A DNA stretch of 63,705 bases, filler included, from Phoronis australis (GCA_002633005.1; 5 parts of 5 records of this genome joined end to end with filler, not necessarily neighbours in it); one strand, 5' to 3'; shown: positions 41,381-54,460, counted from the whole stretch's first letter. Notes: generated by a model not told the origin, from the sequence alone. A program made the numbers and translations.

Positions 41381-41873
41381 CAAGGCTTGGAATTTTCTGC
41401 GGAAACGTGGATTTCCGCTTTTTTTAATGTTCTGTGCGCGCATTTTATTATATTTCCGCGTAAAAAAATCGGATTTGATATAAAATTTCCGCGGCAAATT
41501 CCTTTCTTACCGCGGCGTTGCCGACGACGTTCACCTCGAAAAGCGGAAGTTGCTCTTTATGTTTCGAAGGAACATAAATTGTCAACATTGCCGGGGCATC
41601 TGGGATAGCGTGGTGGGATTTTCAATGGCATCTCGTGTGATTGTTGTGAACCGCGGTGACAAATACCACGGCTCTGCAGCCAAAAATGTGTGGGGGTGGG
41701 AGTGGATGGTCTAAAAAGACGCAGACGCATGCTACTGGTGGTGGTAAATTTTTTTTATTTTTTTAGTCCTCCCAATTTTTGTCGGCAAAAGGTTCACATC
41801 GACTATTTCAAGGCTGGGCAGCGGGCCGTAAAAGTTTTTCCGCGTTTTTTGTCATTGGTCATTCCAAGCCCTG
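41381..41873. mobile_element. Sister MITE with 6-bp TSD
   Basis: caaggcttggaa...ttccaagccctg; TSD atggat/atggat; highly similar to 40694-41179. Confidence 0.88.
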
Positions 41874-43376
41874 ATGGATTTGAGGTATGTTGTGCCACCT
41901 AGTGACCATTTTTACTGTTTTCAAGTCTGTTTTTTTGCATTCTAAGGATGATTGTGAAAATTGGCACATATGTTTCCATAGTTCCTACTGCAGGATCTTC
42001 GTGAGCAAGTTTATTTAGTTGACTAGGGATGATGATGACTTTCTGACGGATCCACCTAACGCTGTGCCCTCTGGTGGCAATTTGATTTTTTTAGTTTTCT
42101 TTGTTTCTTTAGAGTTCGTGAACGGACTTTTATGTAACTTGGTAAGTAGGCTGCTATTAAAGAAGCAATGACATGTTCCCGTTTTCAGAGGGATTTGATG
42201 TAGTTTGCACCCCCTAATAGCCATTTTTACTGTTTTCGATAATGTTTTTTGTCATGTGCACGCCTTTATTCACCAAACCACTCTAAGGATGATTATGAAA
42301 ATTAACGTATGAGTTCCTACTGAGAAAAGGCTGGTTTACCATTGTCTTGAGACAGCTCCAACTACAGTGGTTCCTCCAAGTGGCAATTTTTTGTGTCCGT
42401 GGCTATATCTCCTAAACCCCCTTCAGTAAATTTGTTAATGTTTTTCTATCTTCTTCGGTATCTCTGGAGTATAGCGATGACATCTTTCCATTTTCAAATG
42501 GATTTGATGTAGTACACGCCACTTAGTGGCTATTTTTATAGTATTTGAGTCTGTATTTAGCAAAAGAATTCTCAAGATAATCATGAAATTGGTCATATAT
42601 GTTCTTACTGGGAAAGGGACAGCTGACTATAATTTTTAATAGTGCCTAATGCATATTTTGCATCTGTGGCTGTGGTTCTTAGTGGCATTTTGTATCTTCG
42701 GAGATTTAAGATGGATTTTCATGAAGTTTGGCAAGTAGCTTTAAGAGACGACGAGTTGGGTTCAATGTATTCTGTGTCATCTAATGGCCATTGTTATGAT
42801 ATTAAATACACCCCCTAGAAGCACACTGTTTGTGGTGCAGTTGTGGGCGCATTTTAATGATTCGCGTTGCTCTTGTAGCACAATTTTGCCCAAATTATAA
42901 GACTTATTTTATTCCTTAATATTATGCATGGTGATTATCCAGTCTTTCTGATTCATTGTGAGTATAGAAACAATTTCATACTTAAACCATAGCAGGCTCC
43001 ATGTTTTTGAGTAACTCTGGGAGGTTACCTGGCACAATACGATATGAGTATTGGACGTTAAATGATTCTAGTTTCAGGGATATGTTGACTATTGAATTTA
43101 CCTGTATTACAACCAGTCTCGATGTCCCCTACTTGTTTCTTAACTGTGACTGAATCACAGATACTAATACAGGTCATATTTTTGGAATGAATAAGTGACC
43201 CACGTTTTATACTGGCTTTTAGTGAATCATATCTCATACCCGAAACTTGTTGATTGCAGTAACTTCCATTGCTCCAGCTTTGACTCATTTCCTAAACAGT
43301 CTAGTTTATAAGCATGTTTTGTATTATTGAGTTATTATGTAAATTGCTTAACAAGCCAAAATGTTGCCATTCATAG

Positions 43377-44271
43377 GATATATGACGCGACCCCTCCTGC
43401 AAAGACGCTGGTGATAAATTTGCTGCAAATCAAACATGATGCTCAAGCAAATTTCCTCACCAGTGAACTTGACACAAAAGAGAAGTTACGCCCTCTATTG
43501 CCAAAGCCAACAGTAATCAAAAGGCTGACTTCATCATCCATGAACAAACAGAAGCCAGTTGTTTGTTCCAGAACAGAAGTTTTGCCATCGTTCAAAGTTG
43601 ATAGGCCACAGAGCAACGTCCTTCAAAAGGACAGCAATTCAAATATGTCAGTTGGTTTGCAGGTCGGTGCTCCAAGACTTCAGACCAAAGTGGGGACGGC
43701 AACACAAACTTCCGGTGAATACGTTTTGAAGACGGCAATGCAATCTGCCTCTATTCCTGTATGCCACTCCCATAAAGGCTCTCAAGTCTCGCCGCGAGCC
43801 AAAACAAAGAAAGCCTGCAAGCGCTATCAGTCATCTGATGGTAGATGTCAAAGTTCAAAAAGAAAACACCAGTTGACACAAATTGATACTGTGCATAGTA
43901 GCAAGATCAAGATTCCCAGATCATCAACAAGTACAGATACCTCCACTATAAACCTGTACTCAGACTGCGCAGATTTGGACCTGTTGTCTAGTACAGACAT
44001 ACAAACACAGACAATGAGCCTGATGCAGGATTTGGAGGATTGTTTAGCCAGCACTATATCCACACAGACATTTGACAGTTTCCTACTGGAGAGAAACCAA
44101 ACAATACAGCAGACTGCAGAGACACAAACTGCTCTCCGCCATGTTGCCAACAGCTTCATTCAAACTGATCTTCCTTTTGGCAGTGAAGAATTTGTGTCAT
44201 CTTCTCCAAGCTTGAATGCCTTTCAGGACGACATCTCCTTAAATCACACTACTGANCAGATTTTTGACTAG
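43377..44271 (+). CDS. ATMIN: ATMIN/ASCIZ large terminal exon with TQT (DYNLL1/LC8-binding) motifs
   Basis: catag acceptor, phase 2 joins 39967; RPLLPKP, TATQT, DIQTQT, TISTQT, TAETQT, FIQTD motifs. 3' end uncertain because of an N at 44256. Confidence 0.85.
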
Positions 44272-45082
44272 GAAACAGTTGTCCTTAACTTGTGCCCACT
44301 CTTCATTTTTTGTGACTGAATAGTTAGTAGTCTATGCAACCGAAGTTGTCCAGAGATTCCAAATGTTCAGTTTGGCCATCACCATATTTGCACTTTCTTA
44401 TATATTTATGGTTTGAGTTCTAATAAAGATAAAACTTGAACTAATGTCTGTGTAACTCTAATGTAGAGAGTTGAGGGATGGGTTCACAATTAACTATACA
44501 AATTAAATTTTGCTGGCACTGTTTTGGTGCTTCAAGTGTAATAATAAACTATAAAGATATCAACAACTTCCCGGTAAGAAAAAAACATGTAGGTAGGAGT
44601 ATTAAAATGAAATAACAAAAACCGGTATGAAACATTTTTTATAACCACCATTCCTTTTGGAAGTGTTTTTTGTGAAGAGAAACACAAATTAGCTTTTTAG
44701 GCATTTTGTAATATTTAAAAATAATGTACCAAGTTAAAATTGCTCTCCGCATACTGTAACTCTGCAAATGCCAGAGAAAACCAATTTGGATCGAATAACA
44801 ACCATCATTGTTGAGACAGTAGTGTTAGCTATTACCTTTCCACTTCATTAATTAGCTCAGATCTACTTCAATACAAAGGGCGAGCTAAATAGGCATCATA
44901 GAAGTTGTCTGGGACTAAGGGAATCTGACCGGTGACCAGTGTAAGTGAGAAATTCTCCACATGGAATCTAACAGATAGGTTTTAGAAATGATGTTACTAC
45001 ATCTCTACGACTATAAACGAGTACAATACATATGATACAAACATTAATTAAGAAAATACCTGTAAAATACAAAAAATAACAT

Positions 45083-45395
45083 TTTTATGCACTCACATAA
45101 TTATATCTGGGCGCATTATGCCATCATCTCTGTCAGTCCAGCATCCGCTGCTCTATCTCCAAAGCCTTTGATATATGTTGAAGAAATTTTGCACAAATGT
45201 TCCTTTCGTGGATGGGATGGCTTAAGCAAACTTTCGGACGGATCTGACTATCGGTGTGCCCCCTAGTGGTAATTTTTTTATGTTGTATCTTGAAAGGTCC
45301 TCAATGGATTTTCGTAAAATTTGGCAAATAAGTATCTATTATTGAGGTGATGCTACCCTCTTGGATATATTCAAGGTATTTTGCACCACCTAACG
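45083..45395 (+). mobile_element. DINE-1/HINE-like element, 5' fragment
   Basis: tttttatgcactcaca...tgggcgcattatgccatcatctctgtc matches the start of 34708. Confidence 0.7.
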
Positions 45396-48300
45396 ATAGT
45401 ACCTTCTTGCAACCTTTACTACAAAGTTATCCACTTCCTCCTGAGAAGGAATTTCCAGAAAAAAATCACCCAAAATGGTTTTTGAAAGAAGTACGAAGAA
45501 AATGTATGTGGTAACCACATAAACCTGTCAATCTCACTCTCACTTACGTATGATAAATGCGCGCATGCGCTCAGTCATTCGACAAACGAACAGCTGAGTC
45601 AGGTCAGTGTCAAGATAAAGGTCAGTGTCAACTAGATAAAGGTCAGTGTTGTGGAGTGAATACTTTGTCACCCAATGTGCTTTATAGCCTACCTCGTGCC
45701 GTGATGGAGCTAACGATTGTGGTCTGTTGAGTTACTTACTCGGAATAGACCTACTTGGTAACGTCCGACTTGGATCTGTCTTAGTCATTGTGCTCTGGTC
45801 GCTTCTTCATGTTTCTGCGGTTAACATGGACAAATCTGTGACTGTGTTACATTTTGTGCCTGCCCCTATGATACTTCATGATTAGACCATTACTTGAGAT
45901 CTGATCACTCAACTGATCTGTTGTGGACTATTATTCATTTACAATGGCTATGTGTCTGAGGATGGTGCTGCGTTAATAATCGCAGGCGCGGTTTTACAAG
46001 ACAATAGCCTACGAGACGAGATGTCTGACAGTGGAAAGCTGGGCAAGAAAAGAGGACGTCCGTCTAAGTTAACTGACTCAGTTAGAAAGAAAAGAGGGCA
46101 AGACCTGTTGCTGAAAGTTAATAAACGACGCATTTATTTGGGTACAGAGCACAGTCGCTGGGAATCTCTTAGAAGTGAACTAATGGTCACTAATTCCGAG
46201 CTGGCCAAACGATAGCTTGATGCTAGCCTCCCAGCTAGCTGTATGAAGACTATAGTATACAGCTTTGTACCAAGGCTAGGTTGATGCGTAAGTATTTGTT
46301 CGGTCCTGCTTTGTATACTTTGGTAGTTATCGCCGGGGACATTGCATGGTCCCAGCACTTTAAAATCACCTCGATCCAATAAAGTAGCACTTGGTCCGAG
46401 AATTCAGTGAGAAAGTGAAGAGTGAGAAAGTGAAGAGTGTGAAAGTTAAATGCAGACATAAATTCACCGAGTTGCTTTGTCTGTTGACATTAGCTAAGTC
46501 TATATTAAGATTACACCTACTAATCGCCATCTATTGACGACTTGCTTAGTTGTTTTCAATTGATAATTCATGAAACACTAAGAGAAATTACAAAGCAGTA
46601 TCACTTTGAGATAGTACCACTGTCTCAACTGACCGCAGTAGAGACGGCAGTAGTCCAATAGGCCCTCCATATGCTGGAAGCTTTTTGGCAAATTGTGCCA
46701 CATTGATTAAACCATCAAAATCACATTGCTGCAACTAACATTTGCAGATAGGGGGAACCTTAGGAGAAAATGTCTTAAACTCTTCCCAGCTGTAGCGTTT
46801 TGAAATCACATCGAGGTCGAACTCCATGACAGCAAACCAATCACTAAAGCACTACACAGGTGATCACCAGAGTTTCCCAGTGCTTGAAACCAGGGTTGCA
46901 CCCCTCATACCTGTACAAAATGATATTGTAGATGAACAAAGAAACATATCGGAAAGAAATCTTGATTACCAAGAAAGTACTTGTTCGAGTTGGAAGGAAT
47001 TAAGGACATCGACAGCCTCCTACTTAAGGCAGCATGACTTTGATGGTTTAGTGTGTGCGAGGTACGAGTTGCCGAAAGGCTTCTTGCTGCCCCTAGAAGA
47101 CCATCTGTGCCACCAGTTATGGCCTAGTTCAGACAGCAATTCTGCTTTAGTGGCAAGTCATGCATTTTGCTAGATTTAGTACTTACAGCTTAGTTACAAA
47201 CTCATGTCTCATGGGTTTGTAGCCTTGTTTACCTTCTTGTACCTTATTTGCAAACCTATACATATTGACATAAAGTGGTATTATAATCTGAGAGATCAAG
47301 AGGCCTACCTTCTTGAGAGATATTATGCAACATCTGGAAGAAAATCCACTGCCAAAACCCCATTACCAGTAATCAAAATTTTGCTGCCCTACACAGGTTT
47401 ACGAAGTAAAAGCACAAATGTTTTGTTGATCGATTTTCAAAATTTAAAAATACATCAATTGAGGATAATTTTTGGTTACAAATTCCAATTTGCAACAACA
47501 AATTAAGTAATGAATTGCACGTGCAATCTTTGTGAAGGTGATTCATGTAGTTTGGTTATTATCGTGGCGAATTGTACCACCTGTGTGCTTTGACATCTGT
47601 ACCTGTAGTTAATAACTCCGTTATCGTAATTTCATTTTTGCACTGTAGGTATGAAGTGGCACAAAGTGAAAGACTGGCAACAATGTCTAGAGAAGTGTCC
47701 ACAGAGTCTGAACCTGAAGCTGTATCTGCAACACCTGCAACGCCCCAGTTTGTTCAATGGTATTCTAGAAATTATTTTTTCATTGAATGTGTGTTATTTA
47801 CTTATATCTTCACCTACTATACTTGTGGCTATGACAATACATGACAAGGAATGGAAATTTTGCGTTAGTTGAAAACTTCAAGTCAATTTTTGTGTTACTA
47901 ATTTAAATCAAATCATTCCAGTTTGCCATTGTTTGAAATATTAATGAACTTGCACTGATTAAGTCTTAACTGGCTTGGACTATGGACTGAATGATTGTAT
48001 TTTCATCAAGATTTTGCTTCCCTAACTTTGCTCTTCATTGATTTTGAATTTATTCTACCTTATTAACACTTGAATTATTGTGCAAATATTGTAACTTGTT
48101 TTACTGAACTGACTCTGAACTTACTCACTAAGTATTGTCCTTAAAACACTTCAAACGTAACCAAATTTTGTTTGATGTTATCTTTACAGATATGACTGTG
48201 CTACTGCTGTTGAGAAGCCTGGTACCTCAAAACTGGTCTCATCAACACCAACTGGTTTACATCCATTGACATTACTTAGGTGTGAAACTGTTATTCAAAA

Positions 48301-48974
48301 TGAATACTTGTACTCTACGTTACTGAATTATTTACTGACAGTGCTTTAGGAGCATGAGATGTCAAGACATAAAATTTAAAAGCCATCGGCTCATTTGACC
48401 ATGTCTCTGACAATTATGAGCTTCTAAACTGCACCGATTGAAATATACCTGTTAAACGGGAACAAGGCAATCAAACATGCAAACTTTGATTCATATGTGC
48501 TGACCATTGTAACATTCGTAATAACAGTTTAATCGTAAATACAAACCACATAAAATGTATGAAATCCATGCATGTAAACCAAAGAAACAGATAAAACAAA
48601 AACCAGGGGTATGAACTAATATGACTTAATTAATATGTAAACTTTTTTAGTGATAGTGGTCATCACTCGTTTTCCCAAGGAGCCCAGCACTAAGCTAAAT
48701 GGCAACATAAAATGTATCTTTACAAGAACTATGTTCTTACATGTTATTTGTATGTCTGATTTTTGTTCGTACCCTTGATTTGTTAGTTCGTGTGCATGAC
48801 TTTTTGTTTGTACACGTCATGTTGTGGTTTGTTTGTAGGAATAAAGTGTTCTTCCTAATGATGCAGCGTTTTGTGCGTATGACTTGTATGTATGACTGCC
48901 TGGTACCCTTCTGTAATTGCTGACAAATGTTGAACTCGAGGTAAGTCTCTTTATCTTACCTTACTTGTAAACAT

Positions 48975-49590
48975 GGTGGTATCTGCTACCCAGCGTCGTC
49001 GTCAGCTAGGAGTCCATCTTCGTCGTGGGTTTCGACCTTGACCTAGAACCTTCTCCGATGGTATGTCTCTGAAGGCTGATCAGGCCTCCAGCCGATGCTG
49101 GGTTTGCCATTTGTTTTCTCGTTGTAACCACAGCCACACGGTTGCTTCCTCTGCTGCTCTTACAGTAGACTTGAACATATTAGCTCGCCCTCTTGATGAA
49201 ATACCCAGTAGCTTCATGTTGCCTGTAATAAACCCTCGACATCCAACTTCTATGGGAAGACAGAAGCATTTCCAACCATTGGATGCACATTCCTGTGATA
49301 GCTCTACATACTTGAGTAGTTTCCTCTCGTGAGCCTCCTGCACCCTAGTCTCCCACGGCACAGTTAACTCGATCAAGATCACTATCTTCTTGCTGTCTGG
49401 CCTTAACTGGGTTACTGCAATATGGCTCGGGAATGAACCCCTAGTAACCACATCCGTCACTATCTTCCAGTCAGCAGCCATGCCTAGAATGCCCCGAAAC
49501 CATTCCCAATCCCTGTCTTCCATGGCAGGCAGTTCCCACAATGTCTTTATGTCATAACGTGTTCTCTGCCTCCTCCACTGCTACAGCAGC
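48975..49590 (-). mobile_element. 3' end of an RLE-type (Hero-like) non-LTR retrotransposon
   Basis: ORF 49080-49541: FP.HI..TQLRPD...IELTVPWE...AHERK..KY...IEVGCRGF...WLW (PD-(D/E)xK restriction-like endonuclease), followed by a short 3' UTR. Confidence 0.85.
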
Positions 49591-49802
49591 CTTCCACTTT
49601 CTGCCGATAATTCACTCTCTCTGATCATCTCATCTCTCGAGTTCCTCAGAGTCAGTAATGTTCAACTTAAATGTGATTATGGCAATGGTGTATTTTTAGT
49701 GGGCTTGAGCTTTCTGGAATCTATGCAAGTGATTCTGCCTGTGACGACGAAGCTTTGAGGTATGTATCCAGGCCATTCGTTACAAGGTGATTTGAAAGTA
49801 CT

Positions 49803-50027
49803 GGGGCCTGTTCCAAGAAGCTGACAAGTTCATTGTTTGACTTAAGTTTAAGACTTGTCTTAACTTGCAAACTTTGGAACTTCCAATTTTGGTAAGTTAA
49901 GACAAAACTTATGTCAAACTTAAAATCGCTTTCTTGAATTGGTTTTGAGACAAATTTAACTTTATTTTAAAATTTTCTTAAATTTGAAATTTGTCTTAGC
50001 TAACTCAGTTCTGTATGAACGGGCCCT
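49803..50027. mobile_element. Harbinger-like MITE with internal aacttaagtt-type palindromes
   Basis: ggggcctgttccaagaa...ttctgtatgaacgggccc imperfect TIRs. Confidence 0.5.
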
Positions 50028-52684
50028 TGATCTTTTAAAAATTGAGAGAATTAGTCAGTGCTTATGCATTATCTTGACAACAAATTCTTTAGTATTGTAA
50101 CTGATAATTGAATTGTGAAATATTTTGTGCATGTAATATACATGGTATATTCCCATAAAAATGAATTTTTCTACATGTCTGTTATGGTCAGGAATGGTGT
50201 GCATACGTTTCTCTTCTAAGCATGACTGAATTTTGCATACTCTGTATACATGCATTGTATATATTTGTGATTTGCAGAAATGTAACTAAAAGTGAATGCA
50301 TCAAAAAGCAGATGGGCAGCAGTGTGTTTTCTAAGTTCTAAGTATAAAGGCCATGTCGTACATGGTTCGGTTTCTATATATTATACCTGAATCGTGGTTA
50401 GACGATATGTGCTGAAATCCAATAAATACAGACTGACTAATGCTAAACAATTTAAGCAAGCGAAGCACTTGAACATTTGAATTTCTATATTACAGGCTAA
50501 CGATTGATGTTTCTGAGGACATAGCATGCAATGACATGGACAATGACTGTAAGTGCAACATAACCATTGGGTACACATATAAATTATGAGTTATGCAATT
50601 TTTTATAAAAATACATCATTATTGTTCAATGCTGACAATGTTGATGTTTTTTGTGGAAATATATCTTCTACTGACTATTGGTCTAGTTCGGTGCGTGGAC
50701 AGCTATGGATCTCGGGTTTGAGGCCCTGACAGGGCAGAAATCCTTTCACAGTAGTAACCATTAGGTTCCGCAAACTGACTAAAGAAGGCGTCATCAAGCG
50801 TTATATGCATAAAACATTTGAATTCTGAAAGAACTGTATTTAACTGTTCTCCAGTGCACATGTTGCAAGCCATGTTACTTAGTAGTTCAACTGCATTACA
50901 GGGGCCAGGTGTTGTTTCCTTTTTTAAATTTTACTGGGCAAGATCATCACGCTTTCTCTTGTTGCAGTCCAGAAAGTATCCTTGATGATGTGGATATTAG
51001 CGATGTCAGATTTGGAGATGAAGAATTTGGTGGAGAAGAAGTTGCAGGAGATAGCATCAATAGGTACCGCGATGGAGATTATGATGATGCGTTGTCCACA
51101 GGATTCATGATGCAGCTGGTACACACTCAGCTGTGGACAATAGCAAATTCATTGTTCTTATGACACCCTCCCTTCCATTTCAAATTTTATCAACGTGTCT
51201 TGCAAAGAATGTCAGCGATGTTCGGATTTCCTCTTCTGTTAAAGGCTCAACACAGTCTTTCTACCACCTTCTCCGAAAGGTGTCGCACTTGCTCATTTGG
51301 TCATTGCATTTATTCTTCTCTGAAAATAATGAGATTTTTCACCAATTACAGAAAGGAGATATTTATCCCATCTTGTATTCTTATAATTCACTTAGATACA
51401 AGCTCATCTCACTATTAGAACAAACTGGAATTGAATTCAATAGTTGATGTCACATCTTATTGTGCATCATTAGAGAAATGATAACCACATGAAAATCTGC
51501 GTAAAATGTAGTGGCTCCTAATTTCTTCAAGATGTAACATGACTTAGATTGTAAAGTGTAGGATGTCATATATGTTTACAAATCATAAATGCTTCTTTGA
51601 ACTAGAGTTTTTGAGTTGCTTTTTCACATGTTTAGTGTTCATGATGAAGTACCTGTACGTTAGTTTGACGATATGCATAAGCTTGCAGACCACGTTGAGC
51701 TGGGGTCACTGAGGCTGGACCTGTAGTAGCTGTAGCGACTGACCTCTCTTTACTTCCTCTACCTTGTCTTATACTTACACCTCTCTTTGTTCTCCTGGCT
51801 CTCCCATATACCCTATTGAAATAAACAGGCCTTTCAAATTTCACATAAAGTCTCGAAGGTCATGAAAAGCCATGCCTAACATTGGATGTAATTTCCAAAC
51901 CAAAATAAATGCTTCAAACAGGATTGGTAATGTGTGAAAATATTCTGTTTGTGACAGCATTCTATTAGCGAGGTCTCGGCCTCAGTATGTCTAAACTCTT
52001 GTCAGGTTCTATCCCATGGATAGGTGGGCGCAGGTTGTCACTGATCTATTTTAGTAGGTTTTTGGTGCAATGGTAGACTGAACACTGGTTCGAGTTACGT
52101 CTGTTTTATGCTCTGCCAGTACAAAGCCTGGACTTGTGAATCACTTTCAGCACCTGCTACAATTGTTGGTTCAACACAGTCAAGTTGCTCAAATGGCATA
52201 ACCTCATATTTCATGCATTATGTAACTTTGTATCCTTCCATGAGTCCATACATCATTGATTTTTTCATTGTAGTGAGAAGTAAGTGAAGGTCAGCTCAAT
52301 AAAACAAAAGTTGATTGCAAACCACAGATTTGTGCAAATCCCTAAATTGCTAAGTGCTTGTAGTTATAGTCATTGAAAATGTGTAACATACTTTGAAGAA
52401 AAACATGATTATTTAGATCATGATGATGCTCAATAAAATAAAAGGTTTTGAATGCTGTTGGGACTGAATGTTCATGTTGATGCCATGCATTAGCAGTACA
52501 TCTTTCGCCACTGTGATTGGGTTTCTTTTAGTAAGCCAGTCCTTTCTAGTGGTTGCAATAGCATTTGCATAGACGAATAGTAGCTTGACAGGCCGGCTAT
52601 TATTACATATTAGCCTCTCTGTATGTTACGCGGGTTTTTGGTGGCTAGCGTTTCTCGTGTATAGCGGCATTCATTGACAAGATC

Positions 52685-53264
52685 TGTAACGCGAATCATC
52701 TGTTTTCCTCGGATGCTGGAACTTTTAGATTAAGCACAGACTGTTGGCCAAACTGTTGTAAGTACTGAGTATTATGGCATAGCATGTTGTACTCGTGTGT
52801 ATCTACTAGCTAAGTTTAGAGCGTATATAATTGTTGCGTGGTACCCGGTTCATAGAATAAGTAGTTACCGGTCGCAGTTAGGCAGTTGTTTGTGTACGGT
52901 AATGGTCCCAGTTGTAGAATAGATAGTAATAGTTAATTGTGTATTGTTAGCAGGTAGTATTTGCCTGTCATAGAGTCATTGTCGCGAGTCTTTCCAACGC
53001 TCTGATATATAGTGCTTTTTAATTTATTACGCTTGCTTGCCGAGTATTCAGACTGTGTTTTTTCTTTATTGCAGATAACCGCTTGTTCGGTTTTCACTTC
53101 TTCAACGCCTTTTCGTTTTCACTTTTCAACGCTTCTTTGGTATCTAATTCAACGCTTGTTCGGACACTTTTCATCGCTTGTAACTCTATCGTGTGACGAA
53201 TAAAGTGTGTTATACAAACGGCTTTTTTCAACTGATCCCTGTAGTATAGCCAGACGCGGCTACA
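52685..53264 (+). mobile_element. Probable solo LTR (~580 bp)
   Basis: tgtaacgcg...cgcggctaca ends (TG...CA), TATA-like gatatatag (~53004), aataaa (~53199); flanks gatc/gttc. Confidence 0.55.
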
Positions 53265-53269
53265 GTTCA

Positions 53270-53369
53270 NNNNNNNNNNNNNNNNNNNNNNNNNNNNNNN
53301 NNNNNNNNNNNNNTTAATTAATTAANNNNNNNNNNNNNNNNNNNNNNNNNNNNNNNNNNNNNNNNNNNN
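53270..53369. other. Artificial contig linker
   Basis: N44-TTAATTAATTAA-N44. Confidence 0.95.
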
Positions 53370-53496
53370 CTCCCGTGTCTCTCTCCTGCCCTCCCTCTCT
53401 GTGATTTGATTGTATTTAAGTAAGTACCTAAAGTAAAACTTTATTTCCAATAGCTGCATGACTTTCGAAATAGCCACATCAGATTGAAATTCACGT

Positions 53497-53631
53497 TAAA
53501 GTGATGTAAACGGGTCCCTCTTCAAAACTGCTGCCGAGAACCAGTTTTCACGGAATAACGTCAATGTCAGTTATTCATTGAAACTGTTTCCCGGTAGCCA
53601 TTTTGAAGAGGGACCCATCTATGTCACTTTT
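53497..53631. repeat. ~135-bp fold-back (MITE-like) inverted repeat
   Basis: aaagtgatgtaaacgggtccctcttcaaaa / ttttgaagagggacccatctatgtcacttt with further inner pairing. Confidence 0.7.
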
Positions 53632-54284
53632 ACCAAATTCACTGTCTCTCCAGATCACGTCTTTCGTGGACAGGAGTTCAGTGCCATCACACCTACAGAT
53701 CCCATGTAATACAGAGGGAGGTTTCAACTACAAAATAATAGCGTTTTAACAACTTTTCTGCTATCATAATGCCAGCAAATTTTCACTGATGTGGGATATA
53801 CTTCTTGAATTATCATACATGCTAGTGGACCAGCAAGAAGTATACAACAATTAAAAGAAAAATATGCACAGACAGAATACAGTAAAATATAAACACATTG
53901 TAGTTGACAAAACTCAACAAAAGTAACTGTTTAAAGCCTGAAGCTCAATGTATGAATCAGCATATTAACAATGTAATGATTTTCCAGTTACAAATTTTGA
54001 CCCAATGTAATTTTCCGTCTGATTATTGGCTAGCGTGTGCGTCACTGTTAGCCTCTATTTCATTTTATTTTTACCTGAAGATACGAATAAATGACTAATC
54101 TTGAAATATCAATTTTGTTATGTCATTTGATATTTCACTAGGAAGTCCTAAGGAGGCCCTCAAGCACAACTCTTGAGGGAAAATGTTACCAAAAGTCCTT
54201 GTGCTAGATTAGTTTACATCATCTGAATTTATTTGTAAAATTTTGTTCTTTCAGATTCACGTTCTGTGAAGTTGAGATTTTGAG

Positions 54285-54460
54285 ATGAGTGCACACGGCT
54301 ACCCTGTGGCCCGGGGCACGCATATCAATGAGGCCGAGTTAATGTGCAAGAATGGCTGCGGTTTCTATGGCAATGTGGCATGGCAAGGCTACTGCTCCAA
54401 GTGTTGGCGTGAATACCAAAAGCAGAAGCAGCGCCACCTGCCGGCAACCAGTTCAGTCAG
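54285..54460 (+). CDS. RABGEF1: RABGEF1 (Rabex-5) first coding exon, A20-type zinc finger
   Basis: [34 protein letters not shown] matches the Rabex-5 N-terminus; tttcag acceptor at 54254, donor at 54461. Remaining exons absent from this piece. Confidence 0.88.

Larger units (their letters stand above)
40136..42876 (+). mobile_element. Second full-length, more decayed DINE-1/HINE-like element (ATMIN intron), interrupted by two MITEs
   Basis: 5' atgcacccaca...tgtggatgcat; 3' tgtgggcgcat (42842) plus cgcgttgctcttgt; internal ctagtggc repeats. Confidence 0.78.
45952..51447 (+). pseudogene. Decayed, spliced DNA-transposon-like gene (N-terminal half resembling Kolobok/Mutator-like transposase-associated proteins)
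   Basis: Pieces: KKRGRP...RRIYLGTEHSRWESLR...NSELAKR*LD (45952-46221, internal stop); RYE exon after tgtag (47650); SSTP exon (~48190); acidic tract then KFIV...C...KGST...FHQLQ..IYP (50950-51380) with frameshifts. Family assignment is from motif memory only. Confidence 0.4.
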
